The notes under the pieces were generated by a model. The model had not been told where the DNA came from. It saw only the letters and a program-made list of their open reading frames with translations, and did no database searches. DNA of 64,000 nucleotides from Sporopachydermia quercuum (lineage: Eukaryota). Positions 1 to 11,853 of this stretch are shown here, piece after piece. How positions within the stretch are numbered: position 1 is the stretch's first letter; each line of letters begins with the position of its first letter. The position numbers and the translations under genes were made by a program. The stretch is from positions 438,138 through 502,137 of the forward strand of contig BCGN01000004.1 of the NCBI GenBank assembly GCA_001599295.1, in the 5' to 3' direction.

Positions 1-1941
1 CCTTTGGAATCTTATATCCTGAAAGAATTTCATCTAATTGACCTTTCAGCCATTCGACAGTAATATCTTCAGGATTGGCCTATTTAGCAGGACTTTGTTA
101 GTATAATTATTCCAATAGAACGTGTTTGTTATGATCAAGTTTACTCACCTTTTCCGAGACCTTGATTACAGCCGAGACCTGCTCACCCCATTCTTTCGAG
201 GGTAAACCGACTACTACACATTCGGAAATTTCGGGCCTAAAGGTCTGTTAGTAACGATTCAACAGAATATATCATAGTGCACTCTAACTAGCTGATTATT
301 AACTTACAAAGAAAGTATCTCCTTCTCTATTTCTAGTGCTGAGATTTTCTCTCCTCCTGACTTGATTATATCCATACTACTACGGCCAAGAATGACAAAT
401 GTACCTTCATTATCTACCCGAACGATGTCCCCAGTTTCAAACCAACGTACTCCTTGAGAATCATAATCAAATGATTCTTCTGTTGCTTTTGGATTATTGA
501 AGTACTTGGCAAAAACGGTTGATCCAGATATTTGCAGTTCACCCAGTACCTTATTGTCTACAAGGTTATCATAATAAGAATCAAAGTTATCTGACTGATA
601 TAACACCTCGCGAGGATTTTTGACCCCATCTTCATCACTTTGAACTACTCGAGCAACGACTCCAGGGACTGGAAATCCTACTGAGCCATTTTTTCTTTTC
701 TCTGCCACTAAAGGTTGAGACAAGGTAATACCAGTTTCCGTCATACCGTATCTTTCAAGTAACGGAGCGTTACCACCGGAAATTTTATCCCAGTTATCTC
801 TTAGTGGAGCAGGTAATGCAGCCGAACCACACATTACCAGCTTGAGGTTCTCTTTTAGTCCTGTTGTGATGGCAGTCTGTACTTCTGAAGAAGACTCCTT
901 CTCATACTTCTCAATCAATTTTGTATAAATAGTGGGCACAGCTGTATATGCATTTATTGGCTTTAAATCAAAAGCGCACATTTCAGGCTTGAGCTTAACT
1001 CCTTTAGGTGAGGATAAAATTTGCAACGCCTTAGAAGCCTCAAAAGGGAATAAAAAGTTGACAGAACCACCGCGCGTCAATGGAACAGTCATGGCATTCA
1101 AAATTCCATGGATATGATGTAATGGAAGATTATGTAGAAAGTTTGTTTCAGGATTGATTTTCCATGCCTGCGCTAAACCGTCGGCTTGAGCAAGGAATGT
1201 TGTTAACGGCGTTAGTACACCTTTGGGATTTCCACTGGTACCAGATGTATAAAGCATAAGACCGGAAGTAGCTGATGTAGGAATCGTTGCTGAGGTACTA
1301 TCTGAAAAACTAGGGATGCTTTTGTTGAAAACTTTCTCATAAACAATGAACTCAAATCCTTGGTTATCATCGACTAATTTATTGACAATTTTCTTCAAGT
1401 GCTCTTCAAATCGTGCTGTTGTAATTAGGATTTTTGCTTTGCTATGGTTTAATACATACGCAATTTCTCTGTCTGTATGTTTAGTACATAAGGGAACTGC
1501 CAATGTATGAGGAAGACTTAGGCAACCATAAAAAGATGTAGCAAACTCAAAGGAGTTTTCACCCATGATCGCAATTGGAATATAGTTTTGTTCTTTGGTA
1601 GTATCTTGTGATTCAGATGATGCATAAATTGGTCTTAAAGCTTCATTCCACTGTTTACTTTCATTACTGATATACTTATTTACTCTAATTGAGTTATCAA
1701 GCAGTTTTGTATAAGAAAAACAATTACCACTGTTGACATGAGAAATTGCAATCTTCCTATCATCTTTGATTGAATGGTCAATGAATGATGCTAAAATTGG
1801 GTTCTGGCGAAACTTATCTAAGGATTTGAATGATCTAGTCATTCTTGTATGAGAAAATAGTCTGTAAGAATAATGGAATGGAATCAATGCTTTTCTGGCC
1901 GTTATTTGAGTGGAATTTAATGATTTTACTACTAAATACAT
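1..1941 (-). CDS. Mitochondrial malonyl-CoA/acyl-CoA synthetase (ACSF3/MatB-like, ANL adenylate-forming family); exons 1941-308, 236-149, 79-<1; 3' end lies outside the window
   Basis: AMP-binding loop YTSGTSGNPKGV, ERYGMTE motif typical of malonyl-CoA synthetases, WFETGD and DIIKSGGEKISALEIE. Splicing two introns extends the frame through LPEISECVVVGLPSKEWGEQV...LSGYKIPK, the conserved C-terminal subdomain. The Arg/Ser-rich N-terminus looks like a mitochondrial presequence. Confidence 0.88.
80..148 (-). other. Spliceosomal intron 2 of the acyl-CoA synthetase (69 nt)
   Basis: GTGAGT donor at 148, TACTAAC at 103-97, TAG ending at 80; splicing removes an in-frame TAA and leads to YKIPK. Confidence 0.9.
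237..307 (-). other. Spliceosomal intron 1 of the acyl-CoA synthetase (71 nt)
   Basis: GTAAGT donor at 307, TACTAAC at 253-247, TAG acceptor ending at 237; splicing joins TT+G to give L-P-E-I-S-E in frame. Confidence 0.93.
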
Positions 1942-4900
1942 GATTGGTTTATTCCTGTATGTTTGTTTTCAATGGTTGGTACCTTTGTCGACTTGGTACA
2001 CTAGTACTAGTTGTATTAGTCAGTTGAAGCAAATCATGTAACAGAAATAGGAAAATCAATCAATCAATCAGCAATTTCTTCATCAAGTCATGGCAAAGTA
2101 TAAATAATAAATTCGTTCTTAATCTCCCCTTATTCCCCAAATATTTGTTAGGCTGATGTTAATTGAGTATGATTGAATAATGATGAATGGATGCTCCGGA
2201 GCTCAATGTTACCTAATTTGATAGTGGTTGGTCTTTTGTCAGGGGTTAGAAGGTTATTCCCACTTTCATAGTATATTTGTGATTACGTGAGATACAACAC
2301 ACTTTATTTCAGAGAGTATCTGATCTGATTCATTTTTATGTTCTAATTTTGAAATTTGTAGAGATTTCTGGGACATTGAAATTATAGCAATGGTAAGTTG
2401 ACAGTTCAGCTCTCACCACCATAATATTCTTCTTGAGGAGTAAAACATGATCATAGATAATACGTTGGTTGGTTGGAGGTACATCTAACAGAATAAATAA
2501 GGGAAAACTGGTAATTGAGCGAAATGTTTAGCAGCACTAATTCGCTATTTGTGGACATTCTGCTCAGCTCAAATTGGTTTCATCTCTAAGAACTGTTTGG
2601 AGTGCATCCTTTAACCAAAAATCTAGTTTAATCTCTCTTGAACAGCGATTATTAGCTTTGTTCTCAATTGTCCCGTAAGCTCGGAAAAAATTTCAGTTAT
2701 AACCCTTTGAACACTCAGGGAGATCTAAATAAATGATAGAGCATACAAAAAGGGGAATAAAATTTTGAGGAATGTCGACGAGTTTACTACATTAAATAAT
2801 CCCTATTGGATTTTATTTTTCATCGGAGTTTGCGATAATTAGAGTTAACCCGTTAAAATCTTCCAGATAAGCTTTTAATCTACCTGAGATTTACCAAATA
2901 CTCGTACTCTCCAGTGACCAAACAACTTACATAGTTGGTCTTCGAAAAATAATCTTGGTTTGTGGGCAAAAAAAACATCTTGAGTGTCATAAATTCTGTA
3001 ATTTAATGGTTAAACAGCTTTCACAATTCAATCTGAGTCTTGCTGAAGATCTAGCTTGTAAATAAGAGGATAAGTTATGCTTAAACCTTATTTCTTATTT
3101 TTCTGTTTGTCTTAAATAGGCAGTTAAATATAATATTTCCAAATTGAGACTCACATGGCGCTTCCGCTAATTTTCTCTTTCAGCTAATGAGTAGGGAGTA
3201 AGTAATCGACAGTTGAATAATCAATCATTGCCATAATATATTGAACTATCCGATGCAACTGAAAAGCCCCGTTGGATGCTGAAATTTTAAATAAATAAAT
3301 AAAAATAAAAGAAAAAAAGAAAAGAACGGTGAGATTATGTGCAATTGAAGCTAGTCGGGCTTTCCTATGAATTGTGGTATCGCAAAGACTTGTGTAACAA
3401 CTGGTAAAATCTCCAGTGGATACTTCCCTAAACTAAAAAAAATTTGCAATTTCATTAAGAAATTAGACCCGTAAGTCTGGATCCATTTATATTTAATAGC
3501 CGTTTCCACTTGTATTGTTCTGGACTTTAGATAAAGCACTTTGTTCTGACCACTCAATTGAATCATCTATAGTGTTTCTTGGTAGTTTCCCGTAAATAAA
3601 AAGCCATTCGTTGAATAGGGAAAACTAGGACAGCTTTATCTCGTAAACTATTCATCCCTCAAATGATATCGGAGCATTGTATAATGAAAGGGTTCTTTGT
3701 CAATTAAATGATAATAATTTTGTTTTATATAATTGCATACGTTATTAATATCAGTAATCATCTAATGAATCAGGCTGTTTCCTATGAATCAACTTCAATT
3801 GAATAAATGAATGAAACAACTTCAACTTTAAACAACATATGTTAAAGAGTTTCATAGAGTGAAGAGATAACATGCCTAATAAACTTTATTGACCTGCATC
3901 CAACGTAATGAATACTGGTAATGGGATTATGTTGGTCTTTCATATAAAATTTACTTTACTTTTTTTGCATGTAATTTATTTACATAAAGACCCAAATGAT
4001 GTGATTATTGTTGTATCTTTAATTAATGGAAACAGATCGTTGAATTGACGATATACAATTATTACTTGTCATACTTTGTGCGTTGGTTCGATCAATCGTG
4101 AACTTCAGCCGACCCTTTTCTTATTACCAATAACTCTGCAGACTATGAAAAATGAGTTCAAAGATGTTTTTTATTTATTTATTTATCTAGTGTCTTATAC
4201 GTTGAGCAATATAACTTTCTCATGTCGGTTAACATTTAATCAAGCGAGTAGATCAAAAAAAGGACTAGAGTGTTTTGTCCGAATCTCTGAAAATTCCAGG
4301 AATCTAGATTTATTTGAAAGACATCCGAACGAGATTGTTAAATCATCTTTTACGGACAACAGCATTCAACGCTTGACCTTTTCTGGGAAGTTTATAAACA
4401 TATATAGAATTAAGTTTATTTGAGATATTTCAATAGAGGACAATGGTTAATTCGTTATTTGTTGATCCGGTAGTTGACTCATGATGCACCTACAATATAT
4501 CAAACTAGCGATTGAACGAGGGATCAATTGGTTGAATCAATGGTGAAGCTAACCAGGAGACTGAGAAAATGATTTACCTCTCATTTGAACGAAACCACTA
4601 GCTATTTAGTGTGTTCGATTACATATAAATTAACCTTGAAGCTAGCAAATTGAAACAGGACGCTGTCGGTTCACTACGGATGAAGAGGCTGCTGTCGCTG
4701 AAACAATTGAACGACCATCAAATAATATGAGTTTTTCTGTTTGAGCATGAAAGCAAAAGGAATAGTAGTTAGTACGATTTNGATCACTATGATTTAGGAA
4801 AAGGGTGAAGAAAAGGAGACAAAGAAAATCTTTCATCTCACAATTTCCCTCTGGGACATTCATTTCAAGAACGTACATTATACTAGTTGCTGCTTTTGGA

Positions 4901-6057
4901 TATGAATAGTCACTTCCTCTCCTATTCATATGATCACTGACTCAAGAGAATGCAATCTCCATATTATCAAAAATTGAATTTAAATTGAACATCTACTTGA
5001 TGTACTTCATTCGACATTATGGGTATTAAATTGTAAACCCTGCATTGAAACCCTTCTACTACAAAGGTAATGATGTTATACAGTAATTTACCTTTACTTT
5101 CTTTCCTATGTTGATAAATCAACTGAAAAGTTTCAAGCTTATTCATAACTTCAGATTAGTTTGAACTCGTAGAATGAATGGATCTCCGAGAAGCAGGATA
5201 TGAGTAGTCTGAATGAGGTACTCCGCAGCCAAAAACTAACCCGTTCAAAAATGAGACAATAGTATTGAAGCTCACTATTCAACCACTCATGAAGTACCCT
5301 TTTTGTGCTTCGCAGTTCACAACTTTCCAAAATGACTTGAATAATATGTTTAAAAGACTTCATTTGATTCCCCTTTCGAACTGCTTCCAAGGATTGAATT
5401 ACCTGTATTAAGATAATGAAAGATCCTGTCTCATGAACTGATTGATGTTCATTAGTACTTTGTTCTCTAAGAGACTCTTCCTTCTACGACACAAAAAGGA
5501 GAAAACTCTAGGGTGAAATGTCCCAAAAAATAATAACTACAAAGCAAAAGGAAAATTAGCGATTTCCCATAGAACCACATGTACATAGTAATTGCTTTGG
5601 ACATAATTCAAAACAAACAATTGAGGAAAATATGAAACGTTAAAACTAACGCTAAAATCTGTAAATAAAGTCTGTCCGACAGTAGCATTTTGTTCTCTAT
5701 TACCGGTTTGGAACAAAGTTCAGATCAAATTTTGTTCCACACACAAACTGTTGCAGATTTTCTCAATCCATATAGTTTCTGGTGTCTGTCGATTTTCTTC
5801 CTTCGCTTGTTGGTTGCTATACTTCGTCTTCTATTACATCTTCTTCCTCTTCTCTTTCATATCTGAAACCATTAGGTATTATTGCTATTTGTTGAAAATA
5901 ACTTTTCAATAAATTTTGAACAAAGATCAAGTTAGTTTGACAAGCAAACACCCAACTTAAGTCATTCATTCATTGAACTGCTTGCCAACATAACCAGTCA
6001 TTCATTTGTAATCACTATTGTTCGAAAGATATAACAACATTCAACACGTATTTAAAG

Positions 6058-7137
6058 ATGAAATTTTCAAAAGCTTTGATTACTGCTGTTGCCGGTACCT
6101 TAGTTGGTTCCGCTATTGCTTCTCCTGTGCATATGCACAACTTTCACAAGAGGGAAGCTGAAGCTGAAGCCCAAGTTGTTGCTACTGTCACTGTTTATGT
6201 TGACGCCAACGGTAACATTGCTCCAGCTGCTACTCCCGCTGCGGAGGTTGCTGAGGTTGCTGAGGTTGCTGAAGTTGAGCAAGCCAGCGCAGCAGCAGCT
6301 TCTCCATCATCAACTTCATCACCAGCTAGTTCTTCAGGTAGCCAGGCATCTTCAACTCCTTCCTCCGGTAACTACAATGGTGGTGCTAAGGGTATCACCT
6401 ATTCTCCTTACACCGCTGACGGTCAATGTAAGTCAGCTGGCGATGTTTCTTCCGATTTGGCTCAACTTAGTGGATTTGAAATCATTAGAATCTATGGTGT
6501 TGACTGTAACCAAGTCTCAAACGTCTACAATGCTTTGGCTTCTGGACAAAAGTTATTCGCTGGCGTTTTCAACGTTGGAAACATTGCTGGCGATATTCAA
6601 GCCATTCACGATGGTATCAACGGTGACTGGAGTGTCATCCATACTATTTCTATCGGTAATGAATTAGTTAACAACGGCCAAGCTACTGTTGACCAAATTG
6701 CCGGTTATGTCACTGAAGCCAAATCTGCTTTATCTGGATTGGGTTATAGCGGGCCAGTTGTCTCTGTTGACACTTTCATTGCCATCATTAACAACCCTGG
6801 TCTTTGTGAACTTTCTGACTATATTGCATGTAATGCCCACGCTTTCTTTGATGGTAACATTGCAGCCGCCGATGCTGGTCCATGGGTTTTACAACAAATT
6901 CAGAGAGTGTGGACTGCTTGTGGTGGATCTAAGGAAGTTCTTATCACTGAAACTGGTTGGCCTTCTGCTGGTGATTCTAACAATATTGCCGTTCCTTCTG
7001 ACGAAAATCAAGCCGCTGCTATTGAATCTATTAAGTCCACCTGTGGCGACTCATCTATTTTGTTCACTGCCTTCAATGATTACTGGAAGCATTCTGGACC
7101 TTACAATGCTGAACAATACTGGGGTATTTTGGATTAG
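6058..7137 (+). CDS. SCW4: Secreted GH17 cell-wall glucanase/mannoprotein, Scw4/Scw10/Mp65 family
   Basis: Signal peptide, His-rich pro-region ending in KR, Ser/Ala-rich linker, KGITYSPY, IRIYGVDCNQV, catalytic IGNELV and ITETGWPS, C-terminal AEQYWGI; strongly biased codon usage. The SCW4 vs SCW10/MP65 name is not resolved. Confidence 0.9.
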   Translation: MKFSKALITAVAGTLVGSAIASPVHMHNFHKREAEAEAQVVATVTVYVDANGNIAPAATPAAEVAEVAEVAEVEQASAAAASPSSTSSPASSSGSQASSTPSSGNYNGGAKGITYSPYTADGQCKSAGDVSSDLAQLSGFEIIRIYGVDCNQVSNVYNALASGQKLFAGVFNVGNIAGDIQAIHDGINGDWSVIHTISIGNELVNNGQATVDQIAGYVTEAKSALSGLGYSGPVVSVDTFIAIINNPGLCELSDYIACNAHAFFDGNIAAADAGPWVLQQIQRVWTACGGSKEVLITETGWPSAGDSNNIAVPSDENQAAAIESIKSTCGDSSILFTAFNDYWKHSGPYNAEQYWGILD

Positions 7138-10100
7138 ATAAATGTTTAACGTTTGTTTTTGTTTGGGCTAGGTTATTCTATGGTTCTACTTTTATTTCTA
7201 AACGAGAAGTTAGTTCTCTAGTATATTTGCGAGGTGTATTGCAAAGTTTTTTATATAGACTTGTATGATACCAAAAATGCTTCCAAATATTGCTTTCTGT
7301 TCTTATATATGCACTTGTTTGTAAACACAATTTCTTTGAGGTTTCATTATCGGGTCATATTTTCTTAGAATTGATATTTTTAGTCTTATCTACATTTTGG
7401 AAGCGCGTAGTTTGTGAGAGTTATGTATTGTCAATCTGAGTTCAACACTGTGAATTGCCAATAATACCAAGCAAAGTGAACGAAGTTTGCGACAAGTGAA
7501 GTGCAGTAGAAAACAGAATCTTTTATGTATTCCATTTCACGTCGGAAGAGCTGATGGGAGGTGTTCAATAAAGACATTGGATAAATGTTTTAGACCCCCC
7601 AGGACTCGGATCTTGGCTCTTGTTCCAAAATGTTTTAAACATCACATAATCTAATGTTGAGAATAGTTGTTGGTTGCATGATCATTAAAATCATTTGAAT
7701 GAATACGTAATCAATATGTACTTCATTCAATTCCGAAAGTCGTGCTGTAATTAGTCAGGTGATTTAAGCGTGCCTGTAAGACATTAAGCCCTTCAAATAA
7801 TGAAACGAGCAGAAGATTTTAAGATCAGTGAAAACGTGTTATTATTTATCAAATTCTTATGTCCAACCGTCTTCACGTTAAATGTAGGGGTGTCTGAAGA
7901 TTGAGGTCGTAAGTATGGAATAGTTTCACATTCTCTTGTGACTTACACCGACGATTGATGAATCGTTCTTACGCGGTACCACTAGGGGGGTTTTAATTGA
8001 ACAATAACAACTTTGGACCTTACAATTTACATAATCTTGGTCAATCAGAAAATTTGAGCCATCTGATCTGCATATATTTTTTCCCTAATATGTCCCAATT
8101 CTCTTGCTCATTCCACAAGCATGATGATATAAACTGTTTCAATTTTGCACCGAGGCATTAGCAACCCGATGACAATTGGACTGTAACCTTTGACCAAAAC
8201 TTTAAAGTTTATTTGGGGTTTATATTTTATAATTTTTTTTTTCAACATCTTCATGTTCAAGTTGAGGAGGAGTACTGATTTTATTGAGATGCAGACACAA
8301 TCACTAAAGTGATTATTACATTTGAAGTGAAGCATATCTGGCGGGAGTTTCCTTTGATTTGATAGAATTTCAAACCACAAAACTAGGGTGAATTCAATAC
8401 ATTCAAAGCCATCTTGCTTCATATGAAACTGGAGAGGGACGGATTCCAAAAACTTTGCTCAATAATTGCAGAAGAAAAGGATTCGAGGGACGAAGCTAAA
8501 GCTGAGTATAAAACAGCATGTAAGGCTATGGTCTCGAATATAACAAAGTAAGAAAAGCCTTACTTTATTATAGTATTTCCTTTGTAAGATCGATCATAGG
8601 TATTCAGCATTCTGACAAATGAATAACTGTTTTGGCATTGAATAAAGTTTGAAAATTGAAATCAGAAAATGAATACAAAGAACTCGTAATAAGCCCATTC
8701 ATTAGCCCACAGTACTTAAGAAGGTAATTAATTAGGAGTGTGAGCATCAATACAGATTTACGAAGATAGAGAGGGTTGCTTACTCATTTTTTGTGCACAT
8801 TATCTAAGGCTAGACCAAAAAAGCAATTAAAGTAATAAATTATCTGCAAAATTTCCTAATAGGCTATTCAAAGTAGCGGATTATTGCTATGTATCCTCAC
8901 TGACATGGATTGTGATAAGAAGGTGAACACATGAAGAATTTGAGAAAAAAAATAAAAAAAATAACAAAAATAATAATTATAATAAAATTAACACGTATGC
9001 CATCCAGTGTTATTATTACATATCGTAGATTAACATACATGTCTATATAATCGATCAAACGACTTGATTTGTATGAACTAACTTCTGCTTATTAAACCAT
9101 TCCCAACCCACAATTTTGTCAATTTATTAACAGTTCAAAAAAAAAAGCTTTTTTGCAAAGTTTCATACGAATTTTAGTCGTCCTTTAATTCTGTACGCTC
9201 ACTTCTGAATGAATATATGATCTAGATCGAAAATAGCTCCAGTCTTCTTGCAAATATAATCTCCCACTGCTACTATAAGGAATAATGTTATCGCGCATCT
9301 ATGGTCTTAAACTTGAACTCTAAATGGATCTAAAATAGGGAAGGTGGAATAATAGTGGAATTATCTGACATGTAGGTGAAGCAATCATACAGTATTAAAG
9401 GACGTNAGAGTTTACGCATAAATTACTAGGAAAGCGTTTTAAGGACAAAAACAAAAAAAGAAGAAGAAAAAGACAGCTTACGCCCAAAGTTTAAGAATCG
9501 CATTTCAGCAGAATTGAAGAAAAAGAACTTCCCACTTCAAACAAGTGAAATATCCAACGAAGATTCTAGTTTGATGTACTTGGCGTAATCGGTGTAGTGG
9601 TAATGAAGTCCACCAAGATTATCTCCATTTGTTATGATCATACCTACCATAGGTTCTGTGATACTAATATTACACCAATATGCAAAGGTAATAAAATAAC
9701 AAACAGCAACAGCACCTACTTCTCCATTTGTGATGAACTAAGTAAACTGTCCATCCATAAGAAAAATAATATACTACATACTGTTTCAACACAATGACTA
9801 TTATGAGCTATAACAAAATCAATCTGACAAAAGTATAAATACGATGTGTTCCGGTGTTGAAAACTTCATATCTTGTCACAGAAGGATGCATACAATTATA
9901 TATAGCACTGGGATTAAGTGAAACTAACCGTTGGAAGAAGCTTCCAAACTTACTACTTAAACTTTACCTTGCATTAACTGTAACTTCAAATGTTATATTC
10001 TCACTACTAAACCTTAAATGAACCTTGTTAGTAAGCTTTATTAATACACTAAGTAATTTATCCATAATAGAGATAAGACTTACACATGAAAGAAAGCCCA

Positions 10101-11853
10101 CAACCAAAATAGATAATCTTTGCATTTACTTGAGCCAGTAAAGATCCCAGTTTTTGAAAAATAGACTTGAATGTGCCTGTTGTTTTATATTTATTTAGAT
10201 TGTATCAGTATCAATTGTCAAGTGAAACTCTATAATTAGGTGGACAAAATTGTCTTAAAACTATACGTTCCTCTTGTTTCAGTTCAAAAGAAGTAGTTCA
10301 ATTCGTTAAATGTGGATTATCCATTTACATCATTGATAAACTGAACAAGAGCTTAAATTCTTTCGTTCCAAATACAGAACTCATAATTTCAATACAACAA
10401 GGGTGAATTATATTTGGGAAATTTGAGAAATAAGTTCCGGATTCATTTCATTTGAGAACAATTTATTATGGGGAACATCTTACCATTGTCGGATGTTTTT
10501 TTCTTACCTTTATTTTCTTTCGGAGCTACACAGCTTACAACATAGTGGTATCATGCCCTTATCTCAACTGGCAAGTCGTGGGCCATTCTTAGATAGAGAC
10601 TTCAGTAACTGTATATAAATATGGGCCTTTCAACTGTCCAATCAAGAATGTCATTTTCATACTGCTTGTATTGATCTTCAGGTAGCTAATAGAAAAGAAT
10701 ACCCCAAACTACATCTTCAGACCAACAAGGAAGACATAGACGTTATCTACCAATAGATAACGCATATTCAAAGAGTAAAAAGCTCATAAACATAGCGCAA
10801 AACCCAGGTAAATTATCTACTATATAGGTATCTTTCAAACGTTCAAATTACAGCACCTGCGCTATTTCACGATAGTAATGACAACGCACTTTAACGGATT
10901 TTTTTATTTCTACTATATGGGCAAGGAATTCAAACTCCTATGAGACTCATAGTGAAATTCAAATAAAGGTTTACAACAATCTGTTAAGGTTAGTAGGCTG
11001 ACTCCATAATGCATGAGTTTGTCTTTTTAGCCTACGGATATTCTGGTTTTAGATGGGCAAAGCCTTAGAATAATTCTTCTTTCAAGGTAGCTGTACTGAA
11101 AGCTGAACCTTTTTCAAACTAAAACTGCAGTGAAATCATCAGACTGGTGCGCTAATCCGCATTTGGCTTTTCTCTAGTATTAAATATTCTTTTTGTAAGA
11201 GTTTCATATCACCTGTCATTGTACATGAATATTATTCATATCAATAATTCACAGCTATGTAACAATAAATCTATTATTATAATCAATAATAGTAAATTAC
11301 AATTTTATCATGAAATTGTATCTCTTTTGTTTCGGTTCGAAATGCTTTCGGCATTGTCTATTTTCTCCAGTAATTAGTTAAACTTTAAGGTTTCAACAAT
11401 ATCCAATTGAAATTAGTTGGCACAATGAAAAGAAACCATAACCTTATTCTAAGATATACGCAAGCTTTCGTTCTGCAATCTCTTTTATAGACAACTCATA
11501 GAGTTCCGCTATATTAACCATTAATGCTCCACACGAATACCGAAGTTACTCTTTTCTGTTCTTTGCAACTTACAAAATCATGAATACACACACACTTTCA
11601 CTTAGAATTGCACTTACTATTTTTTTTGCTGTAGAACTGGATTGTAAACGGATCACAATTTATTCTGCTACATATTTGAACACTTAAGCTATATAAACAA
11701 TCCGTTTTCAAGCCACATTTTAAGTGAAACTCGTGTTATCACAAAAACATCGATCACATTTCTTTATTATCAAGCCTCTGTTCAAGTCATACATACCATC
11801 AATATACTCGCAACTTGCAGGATTTTCAACTATCCGGATTTACAATATTCAAG

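Noticed and set aside
4085..4093. GGTTCGA T-loop-like words (also near 11334 and 25171)
   Set aside because: No cloverleaf or A-box context, so not tRNAs
3351..5390. Short intergenic ORFs (3351, 4076, 4642, 5151)
   Set aside because: No recognizable motifs; composition typical of translated AT-rich noncoding DNA
7585..7900. Imperfect G/C-run inverted repeat as a MITE
   Set aside because: Weak match, and no target-site duplication or second copy seen
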